NCBI GenBank assembly: GCA_964577555.1
Contig: CAZNZM010000009.1
Span: 1 to 32,000, forward strand
Origin: an uncultured archaeon
GTDB taxonomy: Archaea > Iainarchaeota > Iainarchaeia > Iainarchaeales > Iainarchaeaceae
Length of the DNA: 32,000 bases
Direction: 5' to 3'
The notes under the pieces are model-generated. The model was not told the DNA's origin and did no database searches. It saw nothing but the letters and a program-made list of their open reading frames with translations. The first letter of the stretch is position 1. Each line of letters starts with the position of its first letter. Shown here one piece after another: positions 19,394 through 28,331 of this stretch. Position numbers and translations under genes: made by a program.

Positions 19394-20413
19394 ATGAAAA
19401 CTGGCTTTGCAAATTTGTTGTTGGCTTTCATTTTGTTGATTTTTTTGTTAGGTTGCGTTGAAGAGAAGAAACCTGATTTGGTTGTTTATACTTATGATTC
19501 TTTTGCATCTGAGTATGGTTTGGGCCCAAAGATTGTACCGCTGTTTGAAAAAGAATGCAATTGCAAGGTAAGGCTTTCTTCCAAGGGGGATGCAGGCCAA
19601 ATGCTTAATGCTCTTATTCTTGAAAAGGATAATCCTAAGGCAGACGTAGTGATTGGAATAGACAATAGCATGGCTTCGGTTGCAATAAAATCAGGTGTGC
19701 TTGAAAAGTTTGTACCTCGGAATGTTTCAATTGTTCCAAAAGAACTAATTTTTGATAGTGAAAGTTATTTGATTCCGTTTGATTATGGATATTTTGCTTT
19801 TATTTATGATTCAAATAAAATTGATTTTTCTTTGAATAGTTTTGATTCTTTGTTGGATGAGAGATTGGAAGGGAAAGTAGTTATTCAAAATCCTCGCACT
19901 TCTTCACCTGGCTTGGGTTTGCTTTTATGGACTGTTGCGGTTTATGGCGATCCAGGTTACAAGGATTTCTGGAGAAAATTCAGAAAAAATGTTCTTACTG
20001 TAACCGAGAGTTGGGATCAATCAGCAGGCTTGTTTAGTGCAGGCGAGGCTCTGATTTATTTGAGTTATGCAACTTCGCCGCCTTATTATGTTCAGTTTGA
20101 AAATAAAAAAAATTATATTGCCGCGGATTTTACTGAAGGACATTATTTGCAAGTTGAAGGCATTGGCATTGTAAAAAGCTCAAAAAACAGGTTTCTTGCA
20201 GAAAAATTTGTAGAATTTTCTTTGATGGAAAGCTTTCAAAAGGAAATTCCTTTGTCGCAATTCATGTTTCCTGTCAATAAGCGTGTTGCTTTGCCTGAAT
20301 CCTTTAAATATGCTTTGAAGCCTAAAAAACAGCTTTCTTTAGATCCTTTATTGGTCGCTGAAAAACAGGAAGAGTGGGTTTCAGAATGGGAAAAAATAAT
20401 GAGAGCTGGATAA
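19394..20413 (+). CDS. thiB: thiamine ABC transporter substrate-binding lipoprotein (ThiB-like)
   Basis: Lipobox FLLGC, then DLVVYTYDSFASEYGLGPKIVPLFEKECNCKVRLSSKGDAGQMLNALILEKDNPKADVVIGIDNSM; ThiB-like periplasmic-binding fold. ATG at 19394 is the likely start. Confidence 0.85.
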   Translation: MKTGFANLLLAFILLIFLLGCVEEKKPDLVVYTYDSFASEYGLGPKIVPLFEKECNCKVRLSSKGDAGQMLNALILEKDNPKADVVIGIDNSMASVAIKSGVLEKFVPRNVSIVPKELIFDSESYLIPFDYGYFAFIYDSNKIDFSLNSFDSLLDERLEGKVVIQNPRTSSPGLGLLLWTVAVYGDPGYKDFWRKFRKNVLTVTESWDQSAGLFSAGEALIYLSYATSPPYYVQFENKKNYIAADFTEGHYLQVEGIGIVKSSKNRFLAEKFVEFSLMESFQKEIPLSQFMFPVNKRVALPESFKYALKPKKQLSLDPLLVAEKQEEWVSEWEKIMRAG

Positions 20414-21987
20414 TTCCTTTGGTTTTCCTTTGGCTTTTTTTTCTTGCTTTTTTTGTTTATCCTGTTGTCGTTGTTTTTTCAAAAGTTTTTTCTATTGATG
20501 CATTATTCAGGGCTTTCAGGGTTTTTCATGTTGATTTGCTTTTGAACTCTTTTTCGCAAGCTTTTGTTTCAACTTTGATTTCTTTTATTATCGGATTTCC
20601 AATAGCATATATATTAGCCAATAGGGATTTTCCCGGAAGACGTGTATTGATGGCTATTTCCTTGGTTCCTTTTGTTTTTCCTTCTGTATTAGTGGTTCTT
20701 TCTTTTGTTATTGTTTTTGGAAATAATGGATGGCTAAACAATGCTCTTGCTTTTTTTGGTTTGCCGCGGATTTTTTTTCTTTATGGTTTTTGGGGGATAG
20801 TGCTTGCACACGCATTTTACAATTTTCCTATAGTAATGAGGTTTGTATCTGATGCGTGGGAAAGAATTGGAAGCCGATTGCCTGACGCTGCGAAGTCCTT
20901 GGGAGCCAACAGTTTTCAGGTTTTTTTTCGGATAATTTTGCCACAGCTTTTTCCTTCAATTGTTTCTTCATGTTCTTTGGTGTTTATTTATTGTTTTACC
21001 AGTTTTGCAATAGTGCTTGCTTTTGGTGGACTCCAATTCACTAATTTTGAGGCTGAAATTTATAGGCAAATTTTCAGGAATTTGGATTTAAGCCTTGGCG
21101 CAGTTCTCGCCTTTTTTCAATTTGTCATTCTTTTAGTTGTTTCTTTTTTGTATTTGTATTATTCTGAAAAGTTTGGGGTGGCACAATACGGTTTTTTGTT
21201 GAAAAGAAAAAAATTGAATTTTTTTTCTTGGTTTGGTTTTTTTGAGTTTTGCATTGTTTTTATTGTTTTTTTGTTTGTGACTTTGCCTGTTTTGGCTGTT
21301 TTGGTTTTTGCATTTGATTTGGATTCGGGATTTTTGAATTTTAGAGCTTTTTTAAAAATTTTAAATTTCCAACAAGGCATTGTTGAAGTTTCGCCGCTTA
21401 AATCGGTTTTTTATAGTTTAGTAATTGCATTTTTTTCTTCTTTGATTTCCGTATTTTTAGGTTTTATTGGCTCTATTTATGTAAAGCGTTTTTCCTTTGT
21501 CAATCTTTTTTTTGTTTCTTCAATAGCTGTTTCTGTTGTTACTTTGGGTTTTGGTTATTATTTGGGTTTTGGAGTTGATGGCGGCAATATTTTAATGATT
21601 TTGATTGGACACTCGGTTTTGTCTTTTCCATTTGCTTTTAGGATTTTATCTAATGCATTTTTGTCTGTTCAAAAAGAAGTATTTGATGCAGCTTTTTCTT
21701 TGGGTGCGAACAAGTTTCAAAGATTTTACTTGGTTTACTTTCCAATGCTCAAATATGCTTTTTTTGCTGCTTTTGCTTTTTCTTTTGCTGTATCTTTGGG
21801 AGAACTTGGCTTGACTTTGATTTTGTATGATGGGGTTTATGCTACCATGCCTGTTTATATTTATAGGTTAATTTCAACTTATGATTTCAGGGCTGCTGCT
21901 GCCATGGGCTTTCTGCTTTTTTTGTTGAGTTTTTTGTGTTTTTATGTTATTGAACGCTTTTCAAGGTATAGGCAGGTGGTGTTGTGA
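20386..21987 (+). CDS. thiP: ABC transporter permease, ThiP-like double-domain
   Basis: Two permease halves, each with an EAA-like loop (AAKSLGANSFQVFFRIILPQLFPSI and AAFSLGANKFQRFYLVYFPMLKYAF); overlaps the thiB 3' end. Confidence 0.85.
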   Translation: MGKNNESWIIPLVFLWLFFLAFFVYPVVVVFSKVFSIDALFRAFRVFHVDLLLNSFSQAFVSTLISFIIGFPIAYILANRDFPGRRVLMAISLVPFVFPSVLVVLSFVIVFGNNGWLNNALAFFGLPRIFFLYGFWGIVLAHAFYNFPIVMRFVSDAWERIGSRLPDAAKSLGANSFQVFFRIILPQLFPSIVSSCSLVFIYCFTSFAIVLAFGGLQFTNFEAEIYRQIFRNLDLSLGAVLAFFQFVILLVVSFLYLYYSEKFGVAQYGFLLKRKKLNFFSWFGFFEFCIVFIVFLFVTLPVLAVLVFAFDLDSGFLNFRAFLKILNFQQGIVEVSPLKSVFYSLVIAFFSSLISVFLGFIGSIYVKRFSFVNLFFVSSIAVSVVTLGFGYYLGFGVDGGNILMILIGHSVLSFPFAFRILSNAFLSVQKEVFDAAFSLGANKFQRFYLVYFPMLKYAFFAAFAFSFAVSLGELGLTLILYDGVYATMPVYIYRLISTYDFRAAAAMGFLLFLLSFLCFYVIERFSRYRQVVL

Positions 21988-22697
21988 AAATTTCTCTTGA
22001 CAATGTTTCAATTGCTTTTTATGATTGGAGTATGAAGGATTTTTCAGTTGATTTTCCATCAGGTTCTTTTTCGTCAATTCTTGGCCCAAGTGGTTGTGGA
22101 AAAACTACTTTGTTGAGGCTAATCGCTGGATTGGAAACTCCTGTTTCGGGAAAAATTTTTTTTAATGATGTTGATTATAGTTTTGTTCCGCCTGAAAAAA
22201 GAAATATCGGCTTTGTTTTTCAGAATGACGCTCTTTTTTCGCATCTTACTGTCAGTGGCAATGTCGCATTTGGGCTTGAGGTAAGGGGTGAAAAAAATAT
22301 TGGTGAAAAAGTGGCTTCTTTGCTTGCCTTGGTTGGTTTGAGTGGATTTGGCAATCGCAATATAGAACATCTTAGTGGTGGTGAAAAAAAGAGGGTTGTG
22401 ATTGCACGCGCTTTGGCTTATTATCCTAAAGTGATTTTGCTTGATGAGCCTTTTAATGGGCTGGATGGAAATTTGAGGACAAAACTTAAATCTTTGTTGA
22501 AAGACTTGCAAAAAAAATTTGGTTTGACGATAATAATGGCGACGCATGATTTGAATGATGCATTGAATTTGTCTGACAAAATAGTTGTTATGAATAAAGG
22601 AAAAATTGAACAGGTTGGCACTCCGAAAGAAATAATTTTCAAGCCTAAGAATTTTTTTGTCAAAGATTTTGTTTCAGATGTGTGGTTTTTGAAATGA
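21984..22697 (+). CDS. thiQ: ABC transporter ATP-binding protein, ThiQ-like
   Basis: Walker A LGPSGCGKTTLLR, signature HLSGGEKKRVVIARAL, Walker B VILLDEPF; GTG start overlaps the thiP stop. Confidence 0.88.
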   Translation: MKISLDNVSIAFYDWSMKDFSVDFPSGSFSSILGPSGCGKTTLLRLIAGLETPVSGKIFFNDVDYSFVPPEKRNIGFVFQNDALFSHLTVSGNVAFGLEVRGEKNIGEKVASLLALVGLSGFGNRNIEHLSGGEKKRVVIARALAYYPKVILLDEPFNGLDGNLRTKLKSLLKDLQKKFGLTIIMATHDLNDALNLSDKIVVMNKGKIEQVGTPKEIIFKPKNFFVKDFVSDVWFLK

Positions 22698-23354
22698 TTT
22701 ATAATCAGTGCTTATTTTGCCTTTCATTGGCACGAATTGAAAAATCAGACCTTCAAAAGTTGTTATCAACGGGTTGTTTTTGTTTTTTATTATGCATTGC
22801 ATGATTTGTTGAAATTCATCTCCTATTGGGGCAACTATTTTTCCGTTTTCATTTAATTGTTCGAATAGCGGTTTTGGCACGAATGGACATGCACAACTTA
22901 TTATTATTCTGTCAAATGGCGCTTTTTCTTTTAATCCTTTTGAACCGTCTTCATTAATTATTTCAATGTTTTTTATTCCTTCCTTTAAAAGATTTTTTTT
23001 GCATTGTTCTGCAAGTTCTTTTATTATTTCTATGCCGTAAACTTTTCCATCTTGTCCAACGATTTTTGACATCAAAGCCAATACGTAACCTGAGCCTGAA
23101 CCAATTTCAAGTACTTTCATGCCGGGTTTTAGGTCAAGCATTTCAAGCATTATTGCAATTGTGCTTGGCTGGGAAATTGTTTGTCCATAACCTATTGAAA
23201 TAGCTTCATCATAGTAAGCATATTCCTTGTTTTTTTCTGGGATAAAATTTTCTCTTTTCACTGCTAAGAATGCTTCTTTTATTTCTTTTTTCTTTATTGA
23301 AAAGCCTGAAATGTATTCAACCAATTTTTTTCTTTCAAGTTCGAAATCAATCAT
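22674..23354 (-). CDS. pcm: protein-L-isoaspartate O-methyltransferase
   Basis: AVKRENFIPE, ISIGYGQTISQPSTIAIMLEMLDLKPGMKVLEIGSGSGYVLALMSKIVG; convergent 24-nt overlap with thiQ. Confidence 0.92.
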   Translation of the reverse strand: MIDFELERKKLVEYISGFSIKKKEIKEAFLAVKRENFIPEKNKEYAYYDEAISIGYGQTISQPSTIAIMLEMLDLKPGMKVLEIGSGSGYVLALMSKIVGQDGKVYGIEIIKELAEQCKKNLLKEGIKNIEIINEDGSKGLKEKAPFDRIIISCACPFVPKPLFEQLNENGKIVAPIGDEFQQIMQCIIKNKNNPLITTFEGLIFQFVPMKGKISTDYKSFQKPHI

Positions 23355-24273
23355 TTAGTTCTTCCCTTTCCCTAATTAGTTTTTTTAGTTCTTTTAGCTT
23401 GTTTATCGTGTCTAAATCTTCTTCCTCTATTATTGGAATTCCTTCCACGTTTTTGTATTTGTATTCTTTTGTTATTATTATTGAATCTGAATCAATTATC
23501 GTGCTTGTTTTTTTCAATTCAATTGCTTTTTTTGGTATATCGAATTTCCCTTTTCCTGTTCCTATGAAAATGCCTTTGTCGTTTTCATTGTCGCCGTAAG
23601 CTTTGAATGGGGAGTGTGAAAAAAGAGCCATTTTCAGCCCTAATTCATGGATTTTTTCTAGAATTTTGTCATTTGGATGTTCATCAAAAATTATTGGATC
23701 AGTTATTTTTTCAAAAACCTTTATTTCCTTTATAAGTTTTTCATTGAGTATTTTTTCTATTTTTAATGCGGTTTCAAGTGATGTGCTTGCTCCTTTTTCA
23801 AATCTGTACATTGATTCAGGTTTAACGCCTATTTGTTCGGCAAGTTCTTCTGGTTCTATTTCAAGTTGTTTCCTTTTTAATTTCAATTTTTCAAAATCAA
23901 TATCAACTATGTGTTTGCCTTTAAAGTATCTTACTATTGGCTGGCGATTTTCTAAAAGTCTTTCAAAAGTATTCAAATCCATGGTTGGTATGTCATACCT
24001 GTAATAAACCGTATTGTTTTGAAGCCTGAATACTTTTGTTTTTTTTCCTATTATTATACAATTAGCGTTTAATAGTTTGGCTAGTTTTTTCAGTTCTTCG
24101 CCTTGACATTTTCTTATTGAATCAATGTTTTCATATACTTTTATTATAATTGTAACATTATTTTTTTTTGCGATAAGGTCAAAGCAATTGTTTGAACCAG
24201 AAAATATTTCGACTAAAAAATTTTTTCTTTTCAGGGTTGAAACCAATCTTGTAACTTCTTCGGAAATAGTCAT
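23347..24273 (-). CDS. archaeal HTH-type transcriptional regulator with N-terminal endonuclease-like domain
   Basis: N-terminal nuclease-fold-like segment (FSGSNNCFDLIAKKNNVTIIIKVYENIDSI) and XRE-type HTH (LKLKRKQLEIEPEELAEQIGVKPESMYRFEKGASTSLETALKIEKIL). Confidence 0.82.
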   Translation of the reverse strand: MTISEEVTRLVSTLKRKNFLVEIFSGSNNCFDLIAKKNNVTIIIKVYENIDSIRKCQGEELKKLAKLLNANCIIIGKKTKVFRLQNNTVYYRYDIPTMDLNTFERLLENRQPIVRYFKGKHIVDIDFEKLKLKRKQLEIEPEELAEQIGVKPESMYRFEKGASTSLETALKIEKILNEKLIKEIKVFEKITDPIIFDEHPNDKILEKIHELGLKMALFSHSPFKAYGDNENDKGIFIGTGKGKFDIPKKAIELKKTSTIIDSDSIIITKEYKYKNVEGIPIIEEEDLDTINKLKELKKLIREREELND

Positions 24274-25073
24274 ATTGATCCCACTATGAAAGCAATTAAA
24301 CTTATTATCATTCCGTATTTGCTCAATTTGCTTGCAAAAGCATAATCCTGGTTACTGTATTTTAGTGCTGATTCCATGAATAATATTGATGCAACGCCTA
24401 TTAATGGAATATAAAACCAATTTTTCATTGTTCCCAAATAAATCAAAAAAATTGCTAAGCTTATCGCAAGAGAATATAATGTTAATATATAATTGTTTAA
24501 CAAGCTTTTTTTTACAATCATTGGAAGCGTTTTTTTTGTTCCTTTGTCTCCGCTTTGGTCTTGCGTGTCTTTTATTATTTCTCTGGCTGCATTTGCAAAA
24601 ATTGCTGAAAAAGCAGGCAATATTACTGGGTAATAGTTTTGTGAAACAGCTGCGCCATATACAAGTGTCGCGCTTGTGCCTATTGCAACAACCCAATTGC
24701 CAATTATTTTGATTTTTTGCATTAGGCTTGAATATAATATTAGAAAAATTGAAACCGTTGCCGCAATAAATATTGCGTGTTTGTTTATGAATGCGGCCAG
24801 GAATATTCCTGCGCCAAAAAATAGCATTGAGATTTTATAAAATTTTTTGTTTGAAGTTTTTTCTTTTCCTAGCCTTCTGTCAACTTCTTTATCATAAAAA
24901 TCATTTATGAGGTTTCCTGCTCCTGTAATCAATGCAGCCGAAAGCATTGCCAAAAAAATCTTATATTCTAAAATCAAACCACCAGCTACTATAATGCTAC
25001 CGGCAATTACACCTATGGCTGAGATAAAACAATTTTCTATGCGAACAGCCTTTGCCAATTCAGTTGGTTTCAT
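24270..25073 (-). CDS. UbiA-family prenyltransferase (digeranylgeranylglyceryl phosphate synthase-like)
   Basis: GAGNLINDFYDKEVDRRLGKEK (NDxxDxxxD motif), SAIFANAAREIIKDTQDQSGDKGTKKTLPM (second Asp-rich motif), multiple transmembrane helices. Confidence 0.9.
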   Translation of the reverse strand: MKPTELAKAVRIENCFISAIGVIAGSIIVAGGLILEYKIFLAMLSAALITGAGNLINDFYDKEVDRRLGKEKTSNKKFYKISMLFFGAGIFLAAFINKHAIFIAATVSIFLILYSSLMQKIKIIGNWVVAIGTSATLVYGAAVSQNYYPVILPAFSAIFANAAREIIKDTQDQSGDKGTKKTLPMIVKKSLLNNYILTLYSLAISLAIFLIYLGTMKNWFYIPLIGVASILFMESALKYSNQDYAFASKLSKYGMIISLIAFIVGSI

Positions 25074-25169
25074 GCATTAAAAATATTATAATTGTTGATT
25101 AAATGTTTTTGGTTTTGAATGCTTGACAAAATAATGTGGCTTTGTTGTTCATGCAGGTTTTGTTAAATT

Positions 25170-25337
25170 TTATCCTGCCTTCTTTTTGCCTTTTTTTCTT
25201 TGTCTAAGCTTGTTTGAACCGCACTTTCTGCATTTTTCAGGTTTTGTGCCTTTGCCGCTTCTGTTTCTATGGTTGCATCTCATGCAAATCCATACGCCTT
25301 TAAAAATCCTGTTTGCAGATGCAGGTACCAATGCCAT
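25170..25337 (-). CDS. rpl40e: 50S ribosomal protein L40e-like (missing from the ORF track, 55 aa)
   Basis: Hand translation of the complement strand: MALVPASANRIFKGVWICMRCNHRNRSGKGTKPEKCRKCGSNKLRQRKKGKKKAG*. Two CxxC pairs in L40e-like spacing with a basic tail. Confidence 0.82.
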   Translation of the reverse strand: MALVPASANRIFKGVWICMRCNHRNRSGKGTKPEKCRKCGSNKLRQRKKGKKKAG

Positions 25338-25454
25338 TAAAAAATCACCTTGAAATTCTTTAAATTTGGATAAATATTTTTGTAATAATCTTATTATTCC
25401 CTCAAGTGAAACAATTTTAAATGGATTTGGTTGGCAGATTATTAATCATAATTT

Positions 25455-25529
25455 GCCCTGATCGTCTAGTCCGGTCAAGGACACCGGCCTTTCAAGCCGA
25501 AAACCCGGGTTCAAATCCCGGTCAGGGCA
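25455..25529 (+). tRNA. tRNA-Glu (anticodon TTC), no encoded CCA
   Basis: GCCCTGA/TCAGGGC acceptor stem, GTCT/GGAC D-stem, anticodon loop CTTTCAA, T-arm CCGGG-TTCAAAT-CCCGG, discriminator A. One C27-A43 mismatch. Confidence 0.95.
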
Positions 25530-25614
25530 ATTATTTGAAAAAACATTTTTTTAAAGCAAGGTTTCGTGCCAGATAAAATTAAATATAAATAAATTGCTTT
25601 TATTAAAGATAAAG

Positions 25615-26143
25615 ATGAATAAAAGAATAAGTCAAAGACCTACTGTTGTTAAAGGATATTATCTTAAAAATCCTTGGATATCTGGCTCTCCTTCTGTCAG
25701 AAAAAAAAAGCAAACGCAGCATATTTCTTTATAGAAAATTTCGTTATAAACTTACTCAAAATGAAGTCGCTCGTATTGGCATAAATGAAGTATCTCTTAA
25801 TGTAATTGATAAGATTGCTGATGGGTTACATGATTTTGTAACTAAAGAAGGAATATTGGACAAGTATGATGCTGATTTAATGAAGACTACTTTCATTAAT
25901 GGGACTGTGATTGGGTATAGGATAAGCGCGACTTTGACTTCTGAATGCTTATTTGTTTTGGAAGGTATATTTGAAAAGTTAAAACCTGAAGATCTTATAA
26001 GGCTTAGAGAAAAATTTATAAGTTTTAATAAATCAAATGCAATAGATTTTATAATTTTTAGAAAAGCACTTGATATAGCAATTGAAAGAAGTAAACAAAA
26101 AAATTATCCAAAAAAATCTGAAAAAAATAATTTTAATTTTTAA
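25615..26143 (+). pseudogene. hypothetical protein gene, apparently frameshifted in an A9 run
   Basis: Frame 1 from ATG 25615 reads MNKRISQRPTVVKGYYLKNPWISGSPSVRKK... and stops soon after. The frame 2 track ORF (25646..26143) continues ...KKSKRSIFLYRKFRYKLTQNEVARIGINEVS.... The two join naturally at the A9 run (25701-25709) if one base is skipped. Confidence 0.4.
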
Positions 26144-26353
26144 AATAAAAATAGTTTGTCAAAACAAAAATATTATAATATAAAAAGACAAAAAATAAAA
26201 TTGGCAAAAGATATTTGGCAAAAAATAATCAGAAAAATAACTGGCAAAAACAAAAACTAATTTTATAAAAAAATGGCTCGGAAAAAACAATTCACAAAAT
26301 GGGTTAACAAAATTTTCAAATAATTTTTATCTCAATAAAACCAAAAAATATTC

Positions 26354-27043
26354 TCATCCCTTAAGCCATTTTACAGCCGCATAAACAAAAGGAGTGTTTA
26401 TTATTGAAAGAGAAAGTTTCAAACCCAAATACGGCAGTGCCAATGAAACCACAAACCAAAAATCATATCCTTTTATCAAACCAAAGAAATTCCAAAAAGC
26501 CAAAAACATGAAACAAAAAGTGTCAATCGTCTGTCCAATAAAATTGCTGGCGTTAACCCTGAACCAAAGAAATTTGCCTCTCATTGATTCTTTCAACCTG
26601 GTGAAGACCAATGCATCATTCAAATCTGCCAAAACAAAAGAAACAAGGCTTGCAAAAATCATACGCATGCTTGTTGAAAAAACCGAATTGAATTGTTCAG
26701 CCTTGACCCAGCTTCTTTCCGCAAAAGGCAAAGCAGTTGAAACTATGACAAAAAAGAAAACAACTGCAAGACAAAGCGCAGTAATCCAAATCAATTCCCT
26801 TGATTTTGTCCTGCCATAAACTTCACTGATTGAATCCAATAAAAAAAATGTAAAGAAAAAAGGAATAATTCCAACACTAAAAACAATTGGAAAATCTGAT
26901 AAGTACAGAAAAGATATTTTGCCTCCAATAAGGTTGGACATTATTACTGAAGAAATGAAAAGTCCAAAGAAAAAATTCAATCTAAATTCAGCTGTTAAAA
27001 TTTTTTTATGCATGGATAAAAACATAATAGCAAAAACATACAA
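26354..27043 (-). CDS. YhhQ/VUT family transporter (putative queuosine/archaeosine precursor transporter)
   Basis: SNLIGGKISFLYLSDFPIVFSVGIIPFFFTFFLLDSISEVYG, FRVNASNFIGQTIDTFCFMFLAFW, multiple transmembrane helices. Start may be an internal ATG. Confidence 0.87.
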   Translation of the reverse strand: MYVFAIMFLSMHKKILTAEFRLNFFFGLFISSVIMSNLIGGKISFLYLSDFPIVFSVGIIPFFFTFFLLDSISEVYGRTKSRELIWITALCLAVVFFFVIVSTALPFAERSWVKAEQFNSVFSTSMRMIFASLVSFVLADLNDALVFTRLKESMRGKFLWFRVNASNFIGQTIDTFCFMFLAFWNFFGLIKGYDFWFVVSLALPYLGLKLSLSIINTPFVYAAVKWLKG

Positions 27044-27204
27044 AAGTATTAAAATATTGGCTTGCGTTTTCCAATGTTTTTTAAGGCTGATTGGGATACC
27101 TGTCCATGCAAACTTTGAAAATATGAAGAATTTGGCTACTGCATTTTATTTAGTAAGTTTTAAATATGTTTTTGAATGAATTGAAGTAGTATTGGTGATT
27201 TTTT

Positions 27205-27333
27205 TTGAGCAAAAGAGCAAACGATACTTCTAGATTCAAAAAGACAAGAGCAAGGCAAAGATGGAAGTGGCATAAAAAAAAGATGCGCAGAAAGAAAAGA
27301 AAGCGAAGGTATATGAGAGAAAGAGCCAAGTAA
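27205..27333 (+). CDS. rpl41e: 50S ribosomal protein L41e (missing from the ORF track, 42 aa from a TTG start)
   Basis: Hand translation: (TTG)MSKRANDTSRFKKTRARQRWKWHKKKMRRKKRKRRYMRERAK*. The last 24 residues follow the eukaryotic L41 pattern [25 protein letters not shown] very closely. Confidence 0.85.
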   Translation: MSKRANDTSRFKKTRARQRWKWHKKKMRRKKRKRRYMRERAK

Positions 27334-27389
27334 ATAAAAGTCATAAAACGCAAAAAATTAAAAATAATTTTTTTTAAAATTCATTGTTT

Positions 27390-28238
27390 TTATTTAACGA
27401 TTCTTTTAATAGTTTGCTTTATTTTATGGTAAGACTTGTAAGTCAACCGCAATAAGTAGTATATTGGCGGTTTTAGTTCGTTTTTTCCTTTGCCGTAGCC
27501 AAAATTTTTTATTGGCCTGAATATATAAGTCATTCCTGCATTGTGGACTATTTTTATTTTTTCGCCGCTTGGAAAATAAAATTCGCCATTAACAATCTTG
27601 AATTCGTTTTCACTAGTAGTTACTACAAAATTCCAGGTTTTATCCAAAGGCACAAAACCGACTTTATATAATATATAATTTACTGCAATTTGTTCAGGTC
27701 CGAATTGGTCTTTGTTTATTAATATTCTGTCGAGTTCGTTTGCCAATTTTAGCATGAGTTTTTGGGGTCCAACTATCATTCCTGCATTTATCATTCTTTT
27801 GTTTTTTATAGTGTTTTTGATTTTCTTTTCTTCATTTTTAATAAAATAATTTTCTATGAAAAAATCTTCAAATGGCGCGCCAATGTCTTCCTGGCATGCT
27901 TTGATTTTATTTGGTTTTATCTTAAATAGTTCGCTTACATCTCCTTGAAAAATTATGTCTCCGCCATCAACAGCCATTATTTGTTTATACTTGTGTTTTT
28001 TCAAATATTTTGCCGTGTCTTTCCATCTTATGCAAGTTATGTGCCCTTTGAGTTTGCATTTTTTTACTATTGCATTATTTTTCTTCAACGCTTTAACTTG
28101 TCTTTTGTTGAGTCCGTAATCCAATATAATTATATCAATGTTTTCCAAATTTGAATTATCTTTCAAAGATTTAAGCCAATGATTTACAAGAAAATCGCCA
28201 TATTTTTCATTGGAACTTGTAAAAATAGCGTTTTTCAT
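27390..28238 (-). CDS. glycosyltransferase (GT8-like / nucleotide-diphospho-sugar transferase fold)
   Basis: YKQIMAVDGGDIIFQGDVSELF (DxD-like region), NKRMINAGMIVGP, FGPEQIAVNYILY. Confidence 0.6.
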   Translation of the reverse strand: MKNAIFTSSNEKYGDFLVNHWLKSLKDNSNLENIDIIILDYGLNKRQVKALKKNNAIVKKCKLKGHITCIRWKDTAKYLKKHKYKQIMAVDGGDIIFQGDVSELFKIKPNKIKACQEDIGAPFEDFFIENYFIKNEEKKIKNTIKNKRMINAGMIVGPQKLMLKLANELDRILINKDQFGPEQIAVNYILYKVGFVPLDKTWNFVVTTSENEFKIVNGEFYFPSGEKIKIVHNAGMTYIFRPIKNFGYGKGKNELKPPIYYLLRLTYKSYHKIKQTIKRIVK

Positions 28239-28331
28239 AGATCATATTATGTTGTTTAATTCCTATTTATTAAACAATTGCTTAAATTCATTTTTGAAAG
28301 TATTATAATTGTTGTTTTTGAGTGGTGTATA

